Shown here: in pieces, positions 17,399-25,657 of the stretch | Layout of the letters: each line of letters starts with the position of its first letter | Numbering within the stretch: position 1 is the first letter of the stretch | Sequence record: MT129652.1 | DNA: 64,000 nucleotides | Source of the DNA: Escherichia phage MN01 | Strand: one strand, 5' to 3' | Made by a program: the position numbers and the translations under genes | Notes under the pieces: generated by a model | The model's database searches: none | What the model saw: the letters and a program-made list of their open reading frames with translations, nothing else | What the model was told of the DNA's origin: nothing

Positions 17399-17649
17399 AC
17401 TGGTTAACAAATATTCCCACATCGGCGCTGGATATCGACCGTAAACATGCTCATAAGGAAATCGAGCAACAAAAAATTAATCGGTTACAAAGGCTTAAGA
17501 CTGAATCCGAGACAATTAAAGCCGAACGACCGACAGAATCGAAAAGTTCTTACTCATCATATCAATCTCCTAACTCATCATATCAATCTCCTATTGGCAT
17601 GGCCGTAGACATTGCAGTCTTTGGCGTTCCACTTGGAGTGTTTAAGTAG
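17395..17649 (+). CDS. hypothetical protein with SSYQSP repeat
   Basis: 84 aa from internal ATG; tandem 21-bp repeat encodes SSYQSPN-SSYQSP. Confidence 0.45.
   Translation: MNWLTNIPTSALDIDRKHAHKEIEQQKINRLQRLKTESETIKAERPTESKSSYSSYQSPNSSYQSPIGMAVDIAVFGVPLGVFK
17552..17592. repeat. tandem 21-bp direct repeat (coding, SSYQSP)
   Basis: ACTCATCATATCAATCTCCT twice, separated by one base. Confidence 0.7.
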
Positions 17650-17705
17650 TTTACTTACTCCCCTCCTAATGACATAATGGTCTTTCTTACAACAGAGAGA
17701 CCATT

Positions 17706-18266
17706 ATGAACATCATCAAATCTGATACCGAACCCAACCAGTTAAAATTTAGTGAAATGGAGATAGCTTCATTATTTGAATGCCGCACATCAAAGGTTGA
17801 TAAGACCTTGCATTCAAATGTCAACTCAATCATCAAGTCAAGGTTGTCTATACCCGATACAGTCTTGTGGCGCGGAGTAACCCAGCAAGAGATTGATTTG
17901 TTAGATGAAGCAAAAGAATCAATGCAACCTTTTGAATTTGGACGGGTAACCTCCTTTACAGAAGACTATGGTATTGCCAGGGATTTTGCTGCAATGGAAT
18001 ATGTGACTAGGACTATCGTCAGATTGAATCAGACCAAAGCTTTTTGTTACCATGATGCGATGCGCAAAATCGCGCTTGACGTTCCACTGGAATTCTTCAA
18101 TACAGCTTCTGGTTCCGCCCGGGCAGCTACATTAAGGCGCGAAGAATACATGGACATGATTGATTCTGAGCTTGAATGGTTTGTTCCAGTTGACCAGAAA
18201 TTCGTGGTAGTTGACGCTGGATTTGTTGGTGATTATTATGTTCTTGACTGTGTACAAGAGCAATAA
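17706..18266 (+). CDS. ADP-ribosyltransferase (ModA/ModB family)
   Basis: 186 aa; R (LWRG), S-T-S-like (TSFTED) and ExE (SELEW) ART motifs; mod position next to dda. Confidence 0.7.
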   Translation: MNIIKSDTEPNQLKFSEMEIASLFECRTSKVDKTLHSNVNSIIKSRLSIPDTVLWRGVTQQEIDLLDEAKESMQPFEFGRVTSFTEDYGIARDFAAMEYVTRTIVRLNQTKAFCYHDAMRKIALDVPLEFFNTASGSARAATLRREEYMDMIDSELEWFVPVDQKFVVVDAGFVGDYYVLDCVQEQ

Positions 18267-18279
18267 GACACGTTAAGAT
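18251..18279 (+). promoter_or_regulatory. early promoter cassette
   Basis: TGTACA, 17 bp, TAAGAT; leader CTATCAACTACTGATGAGGA. Confidence 0.45.
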
Positions 18280-18310
18280 GTTCCTATCAACTACTGATGA
18301 GGATAATAAA

Positions 18311-18925
18311 ATGCTGTACACTGATGACGTTTTGAATGGAATTATTGACACTGCCGCTTCTAGCGAGTCTTTTCGTGACCAATGTCAAGCTGAGATTGAT
18401 GCTCTTTATACAGATAATGAGCAATCAGTACTCTGGCAGTGTATGGAAAATAAACCCGACCTGATTCAAGAAGACTTGTCCAGGATTATCCGCAACAATC
18501 TGAATACTGCACCGCCGGCAGCATTGTTCCGTGGTATATCAAAGAAAACCATGGAATACCTGGAAGATTTAAGATATGTTGGTGCAATAATTGAGTTCAA
18601 CCGTGTGATGAGTTTTTCCAGAGACTGGCAGGTTGCAAGAAATTTTGCATCATACAGTTTCTATGGCACAAGGAACATTTTCTGTATAAACAATGCACCA
18701 TATGCGTATAACTATCAGGAAGCAATCTTCAAAATGATTTGCGGTGCTCCTCCCGAAGAGTTCAATGGTGCATATCCAGAAGCAACCAGGAAGTCAAACC
18801 TACACCTGGTTAATGATGAGGATGAGTTTATGTTTCCCGCTGGGACTACGCTTCGCGTAGACTTGATTGAAACTCACCCATTGAATAACCTTTATACTGT
18901 TTGGCATTTGACTGTTTTGAACTAA
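18311..18925 (+). CDS. ADP-ribosyltransferase (ModA/ModB family)
   Basis: 204 aa from SD-preceded ATG; ALFRG, SFSRD, EDEFMFP motifs; paralog of previous gene. Confidence 0.7.
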   Translation: MLYTDDVLNGIIDTAASSESFRDQCQAEIDALYTDNEQSVLWQCMENKPDLIQEDLSRIIRNNLNTAPPAALFRGISKKTMEYLEDLRYVGAIIEFNRVMSFSRDWQVARNFASYSFYGTRNIFCINNAPYAYNYQEAIFKMICGAPPEEFNGAYPEATRKSNLHLVNDEDEFMFPAGTTLRVDLIETHPLNNLYTVWHLTVLN

Positions 18926-18985
18926 CCAAAGACCTTAGAACCATTATACGCAGTAAAAATAAAAGCGTTAAAGGTGAAAAAGTAG

Positions 18986-19013
18986 TGTACATGAAAGATG
19001 AACAGTGTATAAT
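18986..19013 (+). promoter_or_regulatory. early promoter cassette
   Basis: AGTAGTGTACA, about 16 bp, TATAAT; leader CATACTGAGTTACCAAA. Confidence 0.5.
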
Positions 19014-19060
19014 AATTTCATACTGAGTTACCAAATCGTCCGTAAGATGAGAAAAATAAC

Positions 19061-19804
19061 ATGAATATGTCAAAAGAAGAGTTTGAATTAAAAGTTTACA
19101 AACGTCGCGAGCATACCAAAACGTCTGCAAAACGTCGTAACAAGGATTTCAATCTGTCTAGTAAGTATATTGCTAATCTTTTGAAACAAGAATTCTGTGC
19201 GTATTCTGGTGAACGTTTTGATGAAAATTCAACTCAAGATAAAGTTTCCTTTGAACGCTTTAACAATGATATAGGTTATATTGAAGGCAATGTTATCCCT
19301 GTCAAAACTAAGTACAACGGTTTACGTGCTGATTTATCTCTTGATGAACTTAAACGTGCACAGACTCGTTTGGCGGTGCGTATTAATGGCGGTTCTAAGA
19401 TGCCCAATAGTTTTAAAGTAACTCCTGATGGCTATTATAAAATTCGCAAAATTGTTAAAAATATTAAAGATACTGAACGTGGAATCAAGAAGCGTCAAAA
19501 ACATTTAAAAGAGCTTTATAAAAGTGGCGCTAAAGATACCACCCCTTCTGTGATTGCAGTCAAGGCTCGTATACATGGACAAATGGCTTCCATTGGAACT
19601 AGTCAACGTGGACTGAAAATGGTTATGGGTGGTCCTGACTGGCGTCTGAAAATGAAATCATCTGACGCTGAAACGCGTTACGATATGTATGATAAAATTA
19701 TTCAAGGTCTGGAGCGTTTAGATAAGTTGTCATTCATTGACCGTCTTAAACTGAAACGTGGCCTGCCTTTGAACGCGTCAATTTTTAAACTGATTAGAGG
19801 TTAA
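19061..19804 (+). CDS. hypothetical protein (srd position)
   Basis: 247 aa, basic; where T4 has srd (about 250 aa); possible degenerate HNH-like Cys motif; identity unverified. Confidence 0.5.
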   Translation: MNMSKEEFELKVYKRREHTKTSAKRRNKDFNLSSKYIANLLKQEFCAYSGERFDENSTQDKVSFERFNNDIGYIEGNVIPVKTKYNGLRADLSLDELKRAQTRLAVRINGGSKMPNSFKVTPDGYYKIRKIVKNIKDTERGIKKRQKHLKELYKSGAKDTTPSVIAVKARIHGQMASIGTSQRGLKMVMGGPDWRLKMKSSDAETRYDMYDKIIQGLERLDKLSFIDRLKLKRGLPLNASIFKLIRG

Positions 19805-19808
19805 TGTG

Positions 19809-20105
19809 ATGTACTACGCATATGTGCTGGTCCACAAAGATAAAGATGGTTTTGAACACCCATTGGAGTATAATGGAAAGGTTACCTTATACACCACAAA
19901 AGCGGGCGCAGAATATGAACTTGCCAACTATTCATATACTACAAACCGATATTTAAGTATGGGACGTATTGAAACCAGTTACATTCCCAGGAAGTGGTGG
20001 TTTGATAAACGGGAAACAAAAACAGTTTTTCCTACTGAAGAACACGCACGAGAATTGAAACAGGTTTTATATACTTTATATGTTAAGCGAGTAAAATTGG
20101 CATGA
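19809..20105 (+). CDS. hypothetical protein
   Basis: 98 aa; ends 4 nt into dda. Confidence 0.45.
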   Translation: MYYAYVLVHKDKDGFEHPLEYNGKVTLYTTKAGAEYELANYSYTTNRYLSMGRIETSYIPRKWWFDKRETKTVFPTEEHARELKQVLYTLYVKRVKLA

Positions 20106-21430
20106 TTAAATTTGAAGACTTGAACACAGGACAAAAAGAAGCTTTTGATTATATCACTGAAGCTATTCAGCGACGTTCAGGGGAATGTATCACTCTGAAT
20201 GGTCCAGCTGGCACAGGTAAGACCACTCTGACAAAATTTGTCATTGACCACTTAGTGCGTAATGGAGTTATGGGAATTGTGCTCGCTGCACCAACTCACC
20301 AGGCGAAAAAAGTTTTATCTAAATTGTCTGGTCAAACAGCGAATACAATCCATAGTATCTTGAAGATTAACCCGACCACATATGAAGACCAAAACGTTTT
20401 TGAACAGCGCGAAATGCCTGACATGTCAAAATGTAATGTTCTGGTTTGCGATGAAGCAAGTATGTATGACGGGTCTCTGTTTAAGATTATTCTTAACTCT
20501 GTTCCTGAATGGTGTACTATTCTTGGGATTGGTGATATGCACCAGCTGCAGCCGGTTGACCCAGGAAGTACACAACAAAAGATAAGTCCATTCTTTACGC
20601 ATCCTAAGTTCAAACAGATTCATTTGACTGAGGTCATGCGAAGCAATGCTCCTATCATTGAAGTGGCGACAGAAATTCGCAATGGTGGTTGGTTCCGCGA
20701 CTGTATGTATGAAGGTCATGGCGTGCAAGGTTTCACCTCACAAACTGCTTTAAAGGATTTCATGGTAAACTATTTCAGTATTGTAAAAGATGCTGATATG
20801 TTGATGGAAAACAGGATGTATGCATACACGAATAAATCAGTTGAAAAACTGAACAATATTATTCGTCGCAAGCTATATGAAACGGATAAAGCATTTTTAC
20901 CGTATGAAGTCCTGGTTATGCAAGAGCCGCACATGAAAGAGCTGGAATTTGAAGGTAAGAAATTCAGCGAAACCATTTTTAATAATGGTCAGTTGGTTCG
21001 CATCAAGGATTGCAAATACACTTCCACCATTCTCCGTTGTAAAGGCGAATCGCACCAGTTAGTGATTAATTACTGGGACCTGGAAGTTGAGTCAATTGAT
21101 GAAGATGAAGAATATCAGGTTGACCGCATTAAAGTTTTACCAGAAGACCAGCAACCAAAATTCCAGGCATATCTGGCGAAAGTTGCTGACACATACAAAC
21201 AGATGAAAGCCGCTGGTAAACGTCCAGAGTGGAAAGACTTCTGGAAAGCGCGCAGGACCTTTTTGAAAGTTCGTGCTCTTCCGGTCAGTACAATCCACAA
21301 GGCCCAGGGCGTTTCAGTGGACAAAGCATTCATCTATACTCCATGCATCCATATGGCCGAAGCTTCATTAGCGAGCCAGTTGGCTTATGTTGGAATCACA
21401 CGAGCGAGGTACGACGCATATTATGTATAA
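20102..21430 (+). CDS. dda: DNA helicase Dda (SF1B)
   Basis: 442 aa (T4 Dda 439); Walker A GPAGTGKTT, DEASM Walker B. Confidence 0.9.
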   Translation: MIKFEDLNTGQKEAFDYITEAIQRRSGECITLNGPAGTGKTTLTKFVIDHLVRNGVMGIVLAAPTHQAKKVLSKLSGQTANTIHSILKINPTTYEDQNVFEQREMPDMSKCNVLVCDEASMYDGSLFKIILNSVPEWCTILGIGDMHQLQPVDPGSTQQKISPFFTHPKFKQIHLTEVMRSNAPIIEVATEIRNGGWFRDCMYEGHGVQGFTSQTALKDFMVNYFSIVKDADMLMENRMYAYTNKSVEKLNNIIRRKLYETDKAFLPYEVLVMQEPHMKELEFEGKKFSETIFNNGQLVRIKDCKYTSTILRCKGESHQLVINYWDLEVESIDEDEEYQVDRIKVLPEDQQPKFQAYLAKVADTYKQMKAAGKRPEWKDFWKARRTFLKVRALPVSTIHKAQGVSVDKAFIYTPCIHMAEASLASQLAYVGITRARYDAYYV

Positions 21431-21668
21431 AGTACATAAAGAAGATTTAGATAATCTTATCTATGGTATTCAGGACGCGGTTGAATTTTTCGAAGATAAT
21501 CCGACTATCGTCGTGCAGGGTAATTACGTTTTGCTGGAACTGAATCTTATTCGGAAACGTATGGCCGCGATTGAATATTTTAACAATGAAGAGCCAGGGA
21601 TTTTTATCTCCGACTATGTTGCTGGTGAAATTCAGAAATTAAAAGAGATGTGCGATGGTTGCTGGTGA
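21423..21668 (+). CDS. hypothetical protein
   Basis: 81 aa from ATG overlapping dda stop; 3-prime end lies in a 40-bp tandem duplication. Confidence 0.45.
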   Translation: MYKVHKEDLDNLIYGIQDAVEFFEDNPTIVVQGNYVLLELNLIRKRMAAIEYFNNEEPGIFISDYVAGEIQKLKEMCDGCW

Positions 21669-21700
21669 AATTCAAAAATTAAAAGAGATGTGCGATGATT
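21621..21700. repeat. tandem duplication, 2 x 40 bp, at the dexA 5-prime junction
   Basis: GCTGGTGAAATTCAGAAATTAAAAGAGATGTGCGATGGTT followed by a copy with 2 mismatches; second copy carries the dexA start. Confidence 0.8.
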
Positions 21701-22378
21701 GATGCTATTATTGACTTTGAAACTCTGGGAAACGGCTCGAAGGGAGCCGTTATTGACCTGGCTCTGATTACATTCGAATCTGACCCTGCTATTGTGGAAT
21801 CATTCGAAACCCTGGTTAATCGCGGCAAACGTATTAAGTTCAGTCTCGAATACCAAAAAGGTAAGCGGTTGTTCGACACAACAACCATGGGTTGGTGGAA
21901 AAAGCAATCAGCGGAAGCCCGTGTTAACTTGGCTCCTTCTGCACAAGATGTTGATACTCTGACCGGTATCCAACAAGCAATTGATTATCTGAATGGTAAT
22001 GGAATTAACAAATACGAAAGCCTTATGTGGTGTCGTGGAATGTCTTTTGACTTCCCGTTGTTTGTTGACCTTATCCGCGACCTGCAACGCAATGAGGGGA
22101 TTCCTGAGCGCGAATTGAATACCTATGACCTGGAGCCGGTTGTATTCTGGAACCAGCGAGATATCAGGACAGCCATCGAAGCCCTATCACTCGTCCGTAA
22201 GATGTGTGAAACTCCATTACCGAAGGGGACTTTAGATGGATTTGTGGCGCATGATTCGGTGCATGACTGCGCGAAAGATATTTTGATGTTGAAGTATGCC
22301 CAGCGCTATGCTCTTGGTTTAGATGAAGTTCCTTCCGAAGAAGATGCAGACCCATTATCTTTACCGAAAAAACGATAA
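21695..22378 (+). CDS. dexA: exonuclease A DexA (DnaQ-like)
   Basis: 227 aa as T4 DexA; Exo I motif IIDFETLG. Confidence 0.88.
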   Translation: MIDAIIDFETLGNGSKGAVIDLALITFESDPAIVESFETLVNRGKRIKFSLEYQKGKRLFDTTTMGWWKKQSAEARVNLAPSAQDVDTLTGIQQAIDYLNGNGINKYESLMWCRGMSFDFPLFVDLIRDLQRNEGIPERELNTYDLEPVVFWNQRDIRTAIEALSLVRKMCETPLPKGTLDGFVAHDSVHDCAKDILMLKYAQRYALGLDEVPSEEDADPLSLPKKR

Positions 22379-22385
22379 AAAGTAG

Positions 22386-22414
22386 TGTACAAGGCCAATG
22401 GAAAGAGACATAAT
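22386..22414 (+). promoter_or_regulatory. early promoter cassette
   Basis: AAAAGTAGTGTACA, 17 bp, CATAAT; leader CATCAACTACTGATGAGGA. Confidence 0.55.
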
Positions 22415-22445
22415 TATCTCATCAACTACTGATGAGGATAACAAA

Positions 22446-22703
22446 ATGATTACTTCTTTTGAAATTGGCCAACAATATGAAATGTCTGCTCTTCAAGCTG
22501 CTGAAGCAGGTCTGACTAAAGCGTTTGAATGTGCATTTACAAATATTCGTGGTAAAATCTTTACTGTCAATAAAATTGCGGTATATGATAAAGAAACAGA
22601 CATGAACAAAGGCATCTACTTGAACGTGTCAAACGCAAAAGGTCGTCGTGAAATTATGGTTGTACAACCTAACCAACTGGCGATGTTCAATAAGGTTGCA
22701 TAA
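22446..22703 (+). CDS. hypothetical protein
   Basis: 85 aa from SD-preceded ATG; track ORF 22398 reads through the conserved leader. Confidence 0.5.
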   Translation: MITSFEIGQQYEMSALQAAEAGLTKAFECAFTNIRGKIFTVNKIAVYDKETDMNKGIYLNVSNAKGRREIMVVQPNQLAMFNKVA

Positions 22704-23458
22704 TGAAACCAGAATTTATTGACTTTGATGTTGTAAGCATGTATGTTCGCCCAATTAAACCATTAAAACTTGAGAAACAAAATATGACTATTGAAATTAA
22801 CAAAACTTATCAACTGATTGAACCTATTATTCAAAACGCAGCTATGGTTTCTGGGTATAATACTCTGACTGATGCTTTAGGCGAAGGTGAATTTATTGTT
22901 GAAACTTTTGTAAAAAGTAACTGGTTTGATAAAGCATATATTCTACATGCACGTCGCCTTGATACAAATGAAGTAGAAAAAATTACGGTTTATGAAGCTG
23001 AGATTGAACTCTTCAAAGAAGTTGAAGAAACTCCTATCAAAGTTGGTAAAACCTATCAGCTTATTGAAGATGCTAGTCAGTTTGGAAAGACCGTTGCAAT
23101 GCATGCTGGTTGGCGCGTACTGAAAGGTATTTTTGGATTTGCTCCATTTACCGTTAAAACAGTTAAGTACCACAATCACCAAAGCATCTTTGAATTTACT
23201 GCGGTCAATGAATCAGGTGACAATCTTGAAGCTATCCTTTATCCGCGTGAATCTGTACTGCTGGAAGAAGTTAGCGAACTGGGTGACCCTATTGACTTGC
23301 TGTGTAAACCAGTTCAAATCAAACGCCCATTTAACAGTTCCATTTGTGGTTGGGTAACAGACCAGTGGATTGAAGAGGGTGTTGAACTCCTGAACGTTGT
23401 TCATGCTGGTGAATTTACTGTTGTACCACGTTCCATGGTTGTTGAAATTTTTAATTAA
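22703..23458 (+). CDS. hypothetical protein (paralog family A)
   Basis: 251 aa; C-terminal TDQWIEEGVELLNVVHAGEFTVVP shared with 23538..24098. Confidence 0.55.
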   Translation: MKPEFIDFDVVSMYVRPIKPLKLEKQNMTIEINKTYQLIEPIIQNAAMVSGYNTLTDALGEGEFIVETFVKSNWFDKAYILHARRLDTNEVEKITVYEAEIELFKEVEETPIKVGKTYQLIEDASQFGKTVAMHAGWRVLKGIFGFAPFTVKTVKYHNHQSIFEFTAVNESGDNLEAILYPRESVLLEEVSELGDPIDLLCKPVQIKRPFNSSICGWVTDQWIEEGVELLNVVHAGEFTVVPRSMVVEIFN

Positions 23459-23466
23459 ATTTAAAG

Positions 23467-23500
23467 TGTACAAACTCTTGGGGTCGGAGTATAATGACCC
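23467..23500 (+). promoter_or_regulatory. early promoter cassette with inverted repeat bracketing -10
   Basis: TGTACA, 17 bp, TATAAT; TGGGGTC...GACCCCA flanks the -10. Confidence 0.55.
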
Positions 23501-23537
23501 CACTGGAGAATAAACTTATTAACCAAGAGAGAAAATT

Positions 23538-24098
23538 ATGAAAGTTGAAGCTGGCGAAATCGTTCGCGTATCCAAAAAATCTCGTTCAAGAGCTGCTGGA
23601 CGTTTTGTTGAGGTTGTCAGTATTCGTGCTGATATTTTTGTTGACCATCCTGATAATGAAGTAAAGGTGCGTATCATTCCCAAAAATGGTCAGACTGAAA
23701 CTCAATTCGCTTATGTACGTGCTAAATTCCTGGAATCAACTGCTATCACTGCCACCAACCTCCCTGTGGTTGAAGAAGTTGAATCCCATGATGGATATGT
23801 GTGCGAAAGCAATGATATTCGTGGCGTAATTGCTCAAGACGTTGAAACCATTGACCAGTCTCATGTTGGGGTTGATTTTAAATGGAAATTGGGCAAAGGT
23901 GTCTTTTTTGTTTCACCTAAACCGTTTGAATATGTTGACGAACCTTTTGGTACTTATGAAACCACTAGCATGTCTGGTTACATCACAGACCAGTGGGTTG
24001 AAGAAGGCGTTAAGCTCTATAACATCGTGTTCCTTGGAACCTTTAAGGTGGTTCCTGAAAGCTTTATCGTTGAGTATGCTGATATTCATCGTGCCTAA
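23538..24098 (+). CDS. hypothetical protein (paralog family A)
   Basis: 186 aa; C-terminal TDQWVEEGVKLYNIVFLGTFKVVP; own promoter cassette. Confidence 0.55.
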   Translation: MKVEAGEIVRVSKKSRSRAAGRFVEVVSIRADIFVDHPDNEVKVRIIPKNGQTETQFAYVRAKFLESTAITATNLPVVEEVESHDGYVCESNDIRGVIAQDVETIDQSHVGVDFKWKLGKGVFFVSPKPFEYVDEPFGTYETTSMSGYITDQWVEEGVKLYNIVFLGTFKVVPESFIVEYADIHRA

Positions 24099-24146
24099 AT
24101 TATAAAAATGATAGGGTAATTTTGCCCTATCAATGAGGAGAATATT

Positions 24147-24371
24147 ATGTTTAATGAAGATTGTGTAACCACTTCCCTGACCGCTGAAGAGTTTTGGGAT
24201 ACTGCTGAAAGTGATAAAGTGATTGTGAAGAAAAACATCAATGAATTTCTTTGCACCACTGATATCATTTATGTGTATGCAGACAAAGACGCAGAACTAC
24301 CTAGCTATGCACTGTTCCGCGAAGAATCAGAAAATGGTACAGATTTTTGGAAGGAGATTTATAATGTCTAA
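24147..24371 (+). CDS. hypothetical protein
   Basis: 74 aa; SD GAGGAG. Confidence 0.45.
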   Translation: MFNEDCVTTSLTAEEFWDTAESDKVIVKKNINEFLCTTDIIYVYADKDAELPSYALFREESENGTDFWKEIYNV

Positions 24372-24735
24372 ATTTGAAACTGATAAGTGGTATTATTTTA
24401 AAGATAATGTTGCTGAAAGCAGATTCCGTTTGTTATGCTCTGATAATGATAATATAGCCAATGCTATAATCAATGGCGAGGGATTTAGACCAGTCAGAAT
24501 TGAAGATGGTGATGTGTATAAAATGGAATTATCAACTGGTGAATTTGTGAGCCTATTCATAAAGGAAGATGAATTCCGTTTCTTTGAAGAAGAAAAAGAT
24601 GACGATACTGAAGATGAATGCGAAGACGCAGCTCCATCTGAGCCAAGCGAATTCCCTTTGACTAAAATCACCATCTCTAATAACTCCGAAGCCTGGACCG
24701 TTTACCAGATGTTGAAAGCACACTTTAAGGAATAA
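24364..24735 (+). CDS. hypothetical acidic protein
   Basis: 123 aa from internal ATG; acidic C-terminal stretch. Confidence 0.5.
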   Translation: MSKFETDKWYYFKDNVAESRFRLLCSDNDNIANAIINGEGFRPVRIEDGDVYKMELSTGEFVSLFIKEDEFRFFEEEKDDDTEDECEDAAPSEPSEFPLTKITISNNSEAWTVYQMLKAHFKE

Positions 24736-24736
24736 C

Positions 24737-24913
24737 ATGCCACTTTATGATTACAAATGTCAATCTGATGACTGCGCGAAAGAATACGAAAAAATCAAGA
24801 AAATCTCTGAAAGAGATAATGATGTTTGTCCTGATTGCCATCGGCTGGCTGTTCGGTTAGTCTCGGCTCCTAAACATGTTAATGGCGGTTTTTACGACCT
24901 GCTGACTAAGTGA
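24737..24913 (+). CDS. zinc-ribbon protein (FmdB-like CxxC...CxxC)
   Basis: 58 aa, MPLYDYKCQSDDC ... CPDCHRL; not in ORF track (below 60 aa). Confidence 0.45.
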   Translation: MPLYDYKCQSDDCAKEYEKIKKISERDNDVCPDCHRLAVRLVSAPKHVNGGFYDLLTK

Positions 24914-24919
24914 GAAATT

Positions 24920-25180
24920 ATGAAATACATTAATCGTTCTATTGCCGCGCTGGTGCTGGCGGTTTCATTGGCTGGTTGTACTGATGCAGATAACGCCATT
25001 CGTGTATTAGATGCAAACGGCTATGAGCAAATCCAAATCACCGGTTATAACTGGTTGGGTTGCTCTGAAGATGATTTTCAGCATACTGGTTTTACAGCCG
25101 TAGGCCCAACTGGTAAGAAAGTTAAAGGAACTGTTTGTTCTGGTTTGCTGTTTAAGAATTCAACCATCCGATTTGAATGA
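24920..25180 (+). CDS. putative lipoprotein
   Basis: 86 aa; signal peptide with lipobox LAGC. Confidence 0.5.
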   Translation: MKYINRSIAALVLAVSLAGCTDADNAIRVLDANGYEQIQITGYNWLGCSEDDFQHTGFTAVGPTGKKVKGTVCSGLLFKNSTIRFE

Positions 25181-25187
25181 GGCTATT

Positions 25188-25592
25188 ATGTTTAAAATTG
25201 GAAAGAGTTATTGCATTAAAGATTTAGATGGCTTCCTTAAACATGTCGGTATGCCCGGTAGCATTTTGAACCAACAAGGAACCTCTATTATTGATTTGGT
25301 TACTACCAAAGAGTTTTCAGTCACTAAGATGGAAGCAAATGTTGTTACGGAATTTAGTACTATCGATGGAACTGGATTTTCTTTCCATAGTCGTAATGGA
25401 ACCGGTCTTATTTTTGGTGATGAATTTAAATATTTTGAAGAAACCCCGATAAAGGAATGTGATTCTGAAATAACCGAACAGGAATCAAAAGAGGATATCG
25501 TTGTTACCGGTGGCGATGTTATTATTACGGTTAAAACTGAAGTCGGACGCCTACAAGCTATTAAAATGTTAGAGCAGCTTCGATTCAAATAA
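25188..25592 (+). CDS. hypothetical protein
   Basis: 134 aa (alt. start 25173); followed by CUUCGG terminator. Confidence 0.5.
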   Translation: MFKIGKSYCIKDLDGFLKHVGMPGSILNQQGTSIIDLVTTKEFSVTKMEANVVTEFSTIDGTGFSFHSRNGTGLIFGDEFKYFEETPIKECDSEITEQESKEDIVVTGGDVIITVKTEVGRLQAIKMLEQLRFK

Positions 25593-25611
25593 AAGGCCTT
25601 CGGGCCTTTTT
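25591..25611 (+). terminator. rho-independent terminator
   Basis: AAAAGGCC-ttcg-GGCCTTTTT. Confidence 0.7.
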
Positions 25612-25635
25612 GCTTTAAAATATGTGACTTATAAT
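25610..25635 (+). promoter_or_regulatory. MotA-box middle promoter upstream of gene 39
   Basis: TTTGCTTTAA, 14 bp, TATAAT. Confidence 0.45.
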
Positions 25636-25657
25636 ACCTCCATACACAAGAGGAAAG

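Noticed and set aside
18290-18313. CUGAUGAGGA in conserved leaders, resembling a hammerhead ribozyme core
   Set aside because: No flanking helices or GAAA element; the motif is better explained as leader plus GAGGA Shine-Dalgarno.
22398-22445. N-terminal extensions of track ORFs (22398, 18278, 63710) encoding STTDED(N/Q)KM-like peptides
   Set aside because: These read through the conserved promoter leader; the ATG directly after the SD is the plausible start, and the similarity is at the DNA level.
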